In this document: in pieces, positions 1 through 6,643 of the stretch
Numbering within the stretch: position 1 is the first letter of the stretch
How the letters are laid out: every line of letters starts with the position of its first letter
DNA from: Streptomyces phage Marav
Sequence record: OQ995441.1
Direction: 5' to 3' (one strand)
Length of the DNA stretch: 24,000 nt
Position numbers and translations under genes: made by a program
The notes under the pieces: generated by a model
What the model was told of the DNA's origin: nothing
The model's input: only the letters and a program-made list of their open reading frames with translations
Database searches by the model: none

Positions 1-27
1 GGCAACGAACGAAGGAGATCAGACACA

Positions 28-465
28 GTGGCTCTCAACCTCATCGACATCCCGGTCCAGGGCGGCGGCTGGTTCAAGCCGAAGGACAACCTCGGGGCGG
101 TGGCCATCCTCCTGGAGGTCCACCAGTTCGAGCGGCAGCGTCCCACCCCGAACGGCCCGAAGGACTCCGCCCTCGCGGACGTGACCGTCTTCCGCGACAT
201 GGCGTCCCTCCAGGCCGGCACCCCGCAGGTCACCAAGGGCCAGAGGATCGAGCAGACCATCCTCGCCCGCGACCTGGAGACCATCGTCGGCGGCGCCACG
301 ATCGTGACGCTCGACCAGGTTCCCCCGAAGAAGCCCGGTGCGCACCCGGCGTGGGTGTGGCGGCCGGTCACGGACGCGGCGGTCCGCAACGCGGTGATCG
401 CGTACGCCGAGAAGCGGGAGAAGGACGCGGAGGCGGCGATGGACGCGGCCCCCGACTTCGACTGA
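28..465 (+). CDS. hypothetical phage protein (145 aa)
   Basis: ORF with GAAGGAG ribosome-binding site just upstream; next to replication genes. Confidence 0.75.
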   Translation: MALNLIDIPVQGGGWFKPKDNLGAVAILLEVHQFERQRPTPNGPKDSALADVTVFRDMASLQAGTPQVTKGQRIEQTILARDLETIVGGATIVTLDQVPPKKPGAHPAWVWRPVTDAAVRNAVIAYAEKREKDAEAAMDAAPDFD

Positions 466-471
466 TCTGAC

Positions 472-485
472 TGTGTAACTGTCGC
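472..485 (+). promoter_or_regulatory. TGTGTAACTGTCGC promoter/operator motif
   Basis: Matches the window-wide family TGTGNNASTGTCGC; lies upstream of the dCMP deaminase gene. Confidence 0.6.
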
Positions 486-540
486 TACGAGGAGAAGGGA
501 GGTCGATGAGCGGGCGCCAGCCCGCAGGGAGGAGGTCTCA

Positions 541-1002
541 GTGACGAGGCCGAGCTGGGACACCTGGGCGACGGAGCTCGCCTACACGGTGTCCACGCGA
601 GCCGACTGTACGAGGGCCCAGGTGGGCGCCGTACTGCTCAGCCGGACACATCGTGTCCTCGCCGTTGGCTACAACGGCCTGCCGGCCGGCATCCCCGGCT
701 GTGCGTCTGCGGGCAACTGCCCGCGGGGGAAGCTGTCGACCGCCGAGTGCGAGCGGGACAGCGACTACTCGAACTGCCCGGCCGTCCACGCCGAGGCGAA
801 CGCCATCTACCACGCAGACGCGTACGAGCTGCCGGGGTCCACGTTGTACGTGACCCGCAAGCCGTGCCCCGCCTGCACCACCTTGATCGAGGCGGCCGGT
901 ATCAGCCGCGTCGTAGTCGACGGAGAGGAGATCACCCAGTGCTCACCCCAGGACGCTCCCTGGCGCTTCATGCTGAATCGGGCCGTGAACTCCCGCGCGT
1001 AG
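541..1002 (+). CDS. dCMP (deoxycytidylate) deaminase, zinc-dependent
   Basis: HAEANAI and PCPAC zinc/catalytic motifs, TRAQVGAVL N-terminal segment; GGAGG RBS upstream. Confidence 0.93.
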   Translation: MTRPSWDTWATELAYTVSTRADCTRAQVGAVLLSRTHRVLAVGYNGLPAGIPGCASAGNCPRGKLSTAECERDSDYSNCPAVHAEANAIYHADAYELPGSTLYVTRKPCPACTTLIEAAGISRVVVDGEEITQCSPQDAPWRFMLNRAVNSRA

Positions 1003-1025
1003 AGGCGTTCGACGACCTGTACGCG

Positions 1026-1823
1026 ATGGGCGTGAGGCCCAGGCACGGCGAGGTCATCATGATCGCCGGCCGTTCGGGCACCCAGAAGAGCGGCTTCGCC
1101 CTGTTCTGGACCGCGATGATGAACCTGCCGACGCTGTACTTCAGCGCGGACATGTCCGCCTTCACCGCGAGCTCGCGCCTGGCGTCCATGATGACGATGG
1201 ACACCACGGCGATGGTCGAGGCCGGCATGGCGGAGGGCGGGAAGTACCGCGAGGCGTACATCGAGGCCCTGGCCAACCTGAACATGACGTTCTCGTTCGG
1301 GTCGCCGATCTCCTGGCGGGCGGTCGACGAGGAGCTGGAGGCGTACGTCGAGCTGTGGGACCGGTACCCCGAGGTGATCGTGTTCGACAACCTGATGGAC
1401 TTCGAGGGCGCCGAGTCGGACTACACCGAGCAGATGGCCGTGATGCAGGGCTGCACCGAGCTGGCCCGCCACACGGGCGCGACGGTGATGATCCTGCACC
1501 ACGCGAGCGACAAGAACTGGGAGGCCAAGACGAACCCGTGGGCTCCCCCGTCGCGTGACCAGGTGAAGGGCGGCCTGTCGGAGAAGCCCGAGCTGTCCCT
1601 GTCCGTCGCGCTGGACCCCACGTCGATGGCGTACAACGTGGCGTGCATCAAGCAGCGCATGGGCCCGTGCGACCCGACTGCCGGCCGGTACGCGACGATG
1701 ATCTGTGAGCCCGAGTACACGCGGTTCAAGAAGGCCGAGGCGCGGGCGATCATCCAGGCGGCCAAGCCGAAGCCGGCCGAGGAGTGGTCACCGACGAAGG
1801 TGACCTTGAGTATGGGCTCGTAG
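1026..1823 (+). CDS. DnaB/RecA-like replicative helicase ATPase
   Basis: GEVIMIAGRSGTQKS (Walker A-like), EVIVFDNLMDF (Walker B-like), VMILHHASD, and C-terminal KGGLSEKPELSLSV as in DnaB-like phage helicases; start codon uncertain (ATG 1026 or GTG 1032). Confidence 0.8.
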   Translation: MGVRPRHGEVIMIAGRSGTQKSGFALFWTAMMNLPTLYFSADMSAFTASSRLASMMTMDTTAMVEAGMAEGGKYREAYIEALANLNMTFSFGSPISWRAVDEELEAYVELWDRYPEVIVFDNLMDFEGAESDYTEQMAVMQGCTELARHTGATVMILHHASDKNWEAKTNPWAPPSRDQVKGGLSEKPELSLSVALDPTSMAYNVACIKQRMGPCDPTAGRYATMICEPEYTRFKKAEARAIIQAAKPKPAEEWSPTKVTLSMGS

Positions 1824-1834
1824 TGTGATACTGT
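1806..1834 (+). promoter_or_regulatory. promoter TTGAGT-N17-TACTGT
   Basis: -35 TTGAGT 1806-1811, 17-nt spacer, -10 TACTGT 1829-1834; the same GTGTGATACTGT box occurs on the - strand at 17.9, 20.9, 22.2, 22.9 and 23.5 kb. Confidence 0.75.
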
Positions 1835-1845
1835 CGCAGACATCG

Positions 1846-1870
1846 CCGGGCGCTGGCCCGGTTTTCTTCT
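1846..1870 (+). terminator. CCGGGC-GCTG-GCCCGG hairpin followed by TTTTCTTCT
   Basis: Perfect 6-bp stem with pyrimidine tract, directly after the promoter; terminator/attenuator or 5' hairpin. Confidence 0.55.
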
Positions 1871-1885
1871 GAGGAGGTGTGTAAG

Positions 1886-2263
1886 TTGAGCAACAGCGTA
1901 TCGGCGAGGAACAAGCGCAACAAGCGCAAGGGCGCCGACTGGGAGTCGGACCTGCGCGAGGGCCTGCGCAGCGAGGGGTTCGACGTCGAGTCCCTGCGGC
2001 TCGCCGGCAAGGAGGACGAGGGCGACCTGGTCATCCGCGAGGGCGACGGCAAGTACCTGGTGATCGAGGCCAAGAACGCCAAGTTCGAGCCCGGCGTGTT
2101 CCTGGGTGAGGCCATCGCCGAGCGGGAGAACTTCGCCAAGCACCGCGGCCTGGACCTGGACGACGTCGAGTCGATCGTGGTGGTCAAGCGCCGGGGCAAG
2201 AACTGGCGCAAGGCGTTCGTCCTCACGACCGTCGAGGACTACCTCGGGCTGGACCCGCAGTGA
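1886..2263 (+). CDS. Holliday junction resolvase / VRR-NUC-like nuclease
   Basis: ORF 1877..2263; TTG 1886 suits the GAGGAGG RBS best. RKGADWESDLREGL...EGDLVI...YLVIEAKN is a PD-(D/E)xK-like pattern. Confidence 0.65.
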   Translation: MSNSVSARNKRNKRKGADWESDLREGLRSEGFDVESLRLAGKEDEGDLVIREGDGKYLVIEAKNAKFEPGVFLGEAIAERENFAKHRGLDLDDVESIVVVKRRGKNWRKAFVLTTVEDYLGLDPQ

Positions 2264-2412
2264 TCGGCTCCATCGGGTCCGACATGACCCAGGACGAACG
2301 GAACGAGCTGTGGGAGGAGCTGGAGGCGTACTTCGACTACATCGAAGACCCCGACTCCGACCTCGGCCTGATCCTCGCCGTCGAAGAGCACCTGGAGGTG
2401 ACACACCCGTGA
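2260..2412 (+). CDS. small acidic protein (50 aa)
   Basis: Own translation from GTG 2260: VIGSIGSDMTQDERNELWEELEAYFDYIEDPDSDLGLILAVEEHLEVTHP*; overlaps both neighbours by 4 nt. Confidence 0.6.
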   Translation: MIGSIGSDMTQDERNELWEELEAYFDYIEDPDSDLGLILAVEEHLEVTHP

Positions 2413-2843
2413 GGTTCCACCGCATCGACGCCGACCGCAGCGGAGGTACCGACTCCAAGCCGACGCTCGAAGCGGTCATGCATCACTTCGATGTCGACTT
2501 CAACGACCAGCGCAACACGGGCATGGCGAAGTGCCCGCTGCACGACGACAACACCCCGTCGATGTCCTACCGGCTCGACGAGGGCCTGTGGAACTGCCAC
2601 TCCTGCGGCAACGGGGGCGACAGCTTCACCCTGATCGAGAAGTACCACGCCGAACAGCTCGGCAAGGAGATCGGGTTCAAGGAAGCCAAGGCGTACGCCA
2701 AGGAACACGGCCTCGAAGAGGGCGCGGTCGCCTCCAAGGAGGACGGCTACACCAGCCGGTACGGAGGCGGCCACCGGGCCGCCCGGAAGAAGACTGGCAG
2801 CAAGCCGGGGGGCGGCTACGTGCCGGCCTGGAAGAGGAAGTAA
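2409..2843 (+). CDS. DNA primase zinc-binding (CHC2-like) domain protein
   Basis: MAKCPLHDDNTPSMSY...LWNCHSCGNGGDSFTLIEK; GTG start in GTGA overlap with upstream stop. Confidence 0.88.
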   Translation: MRFHRIDADRSGGTDSKPTLEAVMHHFDVDFNDQRNTGMAKCPLHDDNTPSMSYRLDEGLWNCHSCGNGGDSFTLIEKYHAEQLGKEIGFKEAKAYAKEHGLEEGAVASKEDGYTSRYGGGHRAARKKTGSKPGGGYVPAWKRK

Positions 2844-2856
2844 GGAGGAGAACAGC

Positions 2857-3519
2857 TTGGCCGAGCACGAACCGCTCACGCCGCTCTCGACGTCCCAGAA
2901 GGAGATGCTGGAGGAGGCGGTGAGCACCTACCAGCAGCACATGACCCCGGAGGCCGCCAAGTACCTCCTCGATCGCGGCATCGGGCGGGACGAGGCGATG
3001 GCCTTCCGGCTCGGGATCGTCGCCGACCCGGCGCCGGGCCACGAGAAGTACCGGGGGATGCTCGCCATCCCCTACCTGGGCCGGGACGGGCAGCCGCTCA
3101 CCGTGCGGTTCCGCTGCCTGAGCGAGCACAACCACCGCGACTACTTCCACGGCAAGTACAACACCGTCAAGGACGACATCCCCCGCATGTTCAACGTCGG
3201 GGCCGTCCACCGCGCGGGCGACGAGATCCACGTCACCGAGGGCGAGCTCGACGCCGTCATCCTGAACAAGCTCGGCCTGCCGGCAGTCGCCATCCCCGGC
3301 GCCAACATGTGGTTCGGCCGGCACCGCAGGATGCTCGCCGGCTTCTCCCGCGTGTGGACCTGGGCCGACCCTGACGACGCGGGCGCCGAGCTCACCGGCA
3401 AGATCACGCGGGCCCTGAAGTCCGCCAAGGCGGTACGGCTGAAGGCCGACGTCACCGACACGTACCTGGCACACGGGGCCGAGCACCTGCTCTCCCTCGT
3501 GCAGAAGAAGGAGGACTGA
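2857..3519 (+). CDS. DNA primase TOPRIM domain protein
   Basis: YLLDRGIGRDEAMAFRLGIV, MLAIPYLGRDGQPLTVRFR, IHVTEGELDAVILNKLG, WTWADPDDAGAEL; TTG start with AGGAGG RBS. Confidence 0.88.
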   Translation: MAEHEPLTPLSTSQKEMLEEAVSTYQQHMTPEAAKYLLDRGIGRDEAMAFRLGIVADPAPGHEKYRGMLAIPYLGRDGQPLTVRFRCLSEHNHRDYFHGKYNTVKDDIPRMFNVGAVHRAGDEIHVTEGELDAVILNKLGLPAVAIPGANMWFGRHRRMLAGFSRVWTWADPDDAGAELTGKITRALKSAKAVRLKADVTDTYLAHGAEHLLSLVQKKED

Positions 3520-3523
3520 CCCA

Positions 3524-3847
3524 GTGGCAGACGAGACGACCGAGACCCCGAAGAAGACCACCCGCAAGGCCGACCCCATCACGCAGCTCCTCAACGAGGT
3601 GAAGGCCGAGATCAAGGAGATCGGGGAGTTCGAGCTCGGCGAGATCAACGACAGCCTCCGTCGCGGGCACGACCGCCGAGCGACCGCCTGGGCCAAGGAG
3701 TACGGCAAGAGCGGCCGGCACGACGCCTGGATTCTGTCGGCCGCCTTCGAGGCCCTGTCCTGCTACCCGCACGAGCGCCGGCACGCCCTGCTCCAGCTCG
3801 CCGCCGTGGCCGTCGCCGCAGCCGAGAAGCTGGAGGCCGGCAAGTGA
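3524..3847 (+). CDS. hypothetical protein (107 aa)
   Basis: ORF tightly packed between primase and next gene. Confidence 0.7.
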   Translation: MADETTETPKKTTRKADPITQLLNEVKAEIKEIGEFELGEINDSLRRGHDRRATAWAKEYGKSGRHDAWILSAAFEALSCYPHERRHALLQLAAVAVAAAEKLEAGK

Positions 3848-4062
3848 GCGGCGAGGAGGAGTTCATCTCCCCGGAGGAGTGGGAGGCGATCGAGGCCACG
3901 GCCGAGCCCGAGCCCGTCGTCGACCACTTCGCCAACGTGAAGCGGGCCGCCTCGATCGTGGGAGACCTGCGGGCCGCCCTGCGCACGGAGGGCTTCACCC
4001 GCGAGGAGACCTTCGAGCTGGTCCAGATGTACTGGGCCTCGGAGCTGGGGGTGTTCGACTGA
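3844..4062 (+). CDS. hypothetical acidic protein (72 aa)
   Basis: GTGA start/stop overlap with previous gene. Confidence 0.7.
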   Translation: MSGEEEFISPEEWEAIEATAEPEPVVDHFANVKRAASIVGDLRAALRTEGFTREETFELVQMYWASELGVFD

Positions 4063-4277
4063 GCGCCCCACTGCCCGGCAGGCCGGGCCCCAAGCTCGAA
4101 GCCATCTACGAGGCGATGACCGAGGAGGAGCGCGAGGCGTTCCGCCCCGTTCTCCTCGGACCCTCGCCGGCCGACTGGCTGGCAGACCTGCTCCGCATCA
4201 ACGGACACGACGTGTCCGCATCCACGATCCGTACGTACAGGCGCTCACTGCGCAGAGAGGGGGTGACCAGTGTCTGA
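4059..4277 (+). CDS. putative small helix-turn-helix protein
   Basis: Coding-like part of ORF 3879..4277: PSPADWLADLLRINGHDVSASTIRTYRRSLRREG. Start uncertain: CTG 4059 or ATG near 4113. Confidence 0.5.
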   Translation: MSAPLPGRPGPKLEAIYEAMTEEEREAFRPVLLGPSPADWLADLLRINGHDVSASTIRTYRRSLRREGVTSV

Positions 4278-5460
4278 ACTGACCGATGCACTGCTCGCCA
4301 AGCCGACCGCCCCTGCGGTCGCCGGCCGGAAGGTCGACCCGGAGAAGGACTTCACCCGGCAGATCGAGGTGAAGGGCGACAGCGCGGACGTGACCGTGCG
4401 AGCCGAGACCTTCGAGGCCACCGAGTCGGCCGCGACCGACGTGCTGCGCGGCCAGGGCCTGGACCCGGCCGAGTGGACCGTGACCGGCTTCCGCTCCTCG
4501 GAGTGGACGATGGCGAACGGCGAGACGGGCGTGTCGACCCGCTTCTCCTTCGCGCGGTGTGCAAGTGACGCAGGGCGGGAGCGGCCCCCGATCGACGAAC
4601 TGCTGGCCGCGATCGACTCCACCCCCGCGATCGAGCCCCCGCAGGAGACCGGAGGCCACACCTTCATCGTGGCGCTCGGCGACATGCAGTTCGGCAAGAT
4701 CGACGGTGACGGCGTCGAGGGCACGCTGGAGCGCACGATCGCCTGCCTGAACAAGGCGGCCTCGCTGGTCGAGCACTACCGGCGCCGCTTCGAGATCGGC
4801 CACATCCACCTCGCCTGGCTCGGTGATCATGTCGAAGGGTTCGTCAGCCAGGGCGGCGCCAACACCTGGCGCACGCAGCTCACGCTCAACGAGCAGATCC
4901 GCCTCACGCGGCGGGTGATGCTGCACGCGCTTCTCCTGTTCGCGCCGATGGCCGGCCGGATCACGATGGCCGCCGTCCCCGGCAACCACGGCGAGGCCGT
5001 CAGGATCAACGGCAAGGGCCTGACCCGGTACGACGACAGCCACGACACAGAGTCCCTGATCGCGGTCAAGGACGCGGCGGACCTGAACCCCGAGCGGTTC
5101 GGTCACGTCGAGTTCTACGTCCCCGACACGGACGAGCTGACCGTCGTCGTCGACTGCTCGGGCTCGGTCGTGGCCCACGCTCACGGCCACCAGTTCCGGC
5201 CCGGCAAGCACTTCGAGTGGTGGAAGGGCCAGGCGTTCGGGCGCAGCTCGGCCATGCACCAGGCGGACGTTCTGCTCGCCGGCCACCTGCACCACGAGTT
5301 CATCGAGGCGGACGGGCCGCGGACCTTCATCCAGGTGCCGTCGATGGAGTCCGAGTCGACGTGGTTCCGGCACAGCAAGGGCGCGGAGGGCGCCCCCGGA
5401 CTGATCGTCGCAGTGACCAAGGACGGGCGCGTGCCCGTGAAGGAGGTAGTCACCCAGTGA
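4270..5460 (+). CDS. calcineurin-like metallophosphoesterase
   Basis: ALGDMQFGK, WLGDHVEG, VPGNHGE, HAHGH, LLAGHLHH metal-binding motifs. Confidence 0.88.
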   Translation: MSELTDALLAKPTAPAVAGRKVDPEKDFTRQIEVKGDSADVTVRAETFEATESAATDVLRGQGLDPAEWTVTGFRSSEWTMANGETGVSTRFSFARCASDAGRERPPIDELLAAIDSTPAIEPPQETGGHTFIVALGDMQFGKIDGDGVEGTLERTIACLNKAASLVEHYRRRFEIGHIHLAWLGDHVEGFVSQGGANTWRTQLTLNEQIRLTRRVMLHALLLFAPMAGRITMAAVPGNHGEAVRINGKGLTRYDDSHDTESLIAVKDAADLNPERFGHVEFYVPDTDELTVVVDCSGSVVAHAHGHQFRPGKHFEWWKGQAFGRSSAMHQADVLLAGHLHHEFIEADGPRTFIQVPSMESESTWFRHSKGAEGAPGLIVAVTKDGRVPVKEVVTQ

Positions 5461-5804
5461 ACATCATCGAGATCACCAACGCCTACGACAGCGCCGAGGA
5501 AGCGTCCGCCGACTGGTCCATCCTGGACGAGGAGGGCGTGATCGGCGTCGCCGAGGTCGTCGCCCTGAAGGCGGCCGAGCAGTACGGGCTCACGCTGGAG
5601 CGCGACGACGCCTACCAGGAGTGCTTGGTCCTGCTGGCCACCCGGCACCGCCAGGCGCGCGAGGCTCTGTCCGTGAGCACGGGCGTGCTGCACAACTGGC
5701 TGTGGCAGAGGCTCCGCGACAAGACCCTCACCGAGGCCAAGCATCGCTCCAGGGGTCAGTCCTACGAGGCCGCCCTGGAGTCCTTCAACCCCGAGGTGGC
5801 CTGA
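5457..5804 (+). CDS. hypothetical protein, possible sigma region 2-like half
   Basis: GTG start in GTGA overlap; DDAYQECLVLLATRHR...LHNWLWQRLRDKTLTEAKHRS resembles sigma-70 region 2 layout. Confidence 0.65.
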   Translation: MNIIEITNAYDSAEEASADWSILDEEGVIGVAEVVALKAAEQYGLTLERDDAYQECLVLLATRHRQAREALSVSTGVLHNWLWQRLRDKTLTEAKHRSRGQSYEAALESFNPEVA

Positions 5805-6194
5805 GTGGCGGGGGGCTACAACCGAGCGATCGTTGAGCGGATGCTGCCGGCCATCTTCGATCCGGACGCCGCCTACGGCATGAAGAACGAACAGCGCCCC
5901 GATCCCGACATGCCCAAGGGGCACGTCGACAAGAAGAAGGGCTCCGACTTTCTGGCTCACCTCGCCGACGTGAGTGCGGCCTGGAGGACGGGCCCGCTCT
6001 CCCTGGAGGAGAAGCAGGCGCTCTACATGCACTACTTCCTCGACTGCACCCAGGACGTGATCGCCGCCTTCCAGGGCGTGACCCAGCGAGCGGTCTCGTA
6101 CCGGTGCGAGCGGGGTGTGGGCAAGCTCGCCGCTCACCTGAACGGCGAGAAGTACATCGACGGATACGACCAGTTGGAGGATGAAGCAGCGTGA
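5805..6194 (+). CDS. helix-turn-helix protein, possible sigma region 4-like half
   Basis: LSLEEKQALYMHYFLDCTQDVIAAFQGVTQRAVSYRCERGVGKLAAHL resembles sigma region 4; GTG start follows the previous stop. Confidence 0.65.
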   Translation: MAGGYNRAIVERMLPAIFDPDAAYGMKNEQRPDPDMPKGHVDKKKGSDFLAHLADVSAAWRTGPLSLEEKQALYMHYFLDCTQDVIAAFQGVTQRAVSYRCERGVGKLAAHLNGEKYIDGYDQLEDEAA

Positions 6195-6565
6195 GCGAGA
6201 CCCCGCCCGCAGAGATGGCTGATGGCCGGTTCGACCACTACGACGACGCCCGCGAGCTGTACTTCTGGCGCGACGAGCGCGCCGACAGCTCGGGCGTGAT
6301 CTACTCCCGGCCCTACACCGACGAGGAGCGCGCCGGCAAGGCGAAGAGGGCCGAGCTCGACGGCCTGCGGGCCGAGGCGGAGACCGCGATCTCCTACCTG
6401 GACGAGCGTATCGACCTGTCCCTGGCCTACTTCAACAACCCGGCGCCCACGGCTGAGGAGACGGCGGCGCAGATCAAGGTGCTGTCCGACCTGGCCGCGT
6501 ACAGCGCCGGCACCCTGAAGCGGGTGATCGTCGTGCTCGGCGAGCTGACCGGCCGACCTGTGTAA
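6191..6565 (+). CDS. hypothetical protein (124 aa)
   Basis: GTG start in 4-nt overlap with upstream stop. Confidence 0.7.
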   Translation: MSETPPAEMADGRFDHYDDARELYFWRDERADSSGVIYSRPYTDEERAGKAKRAELDGLRAEAETAISYLDERIDLSLAYFNNPAPTAEETAAQIKVLSDLAAYSAGTLKRVIVVLGELTGRPV

Positions 6566-6572
6566 GTGTCGC
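6559..6572 (+). promoter_or_regulatory. TGTGTAAGTGTCGC promoter/operator motif
   Basis: Matches the repeated promoter-motif family; lies upstream of the RNR gene. Confidence 0.6.
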
Positions 6573-6574
6573 TT

Positions 6575-6600
6575 GGCGGCAGTCCTTCGGGGCTGTCGCC
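6575..6600 (+). other. leader hairpin with UUCG tetraloop
   Basis: GGCGGCAGTCC-TTCG-GGGCTGTCGCC: 11-bp stem with two G-U wobbles; no U-tract follows. Confidence 0.7.
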
Positions 6601-6643
6601 TTGAGGCAGTGAGAGACCCATCTACCCCAGGAGGAATTACCCA

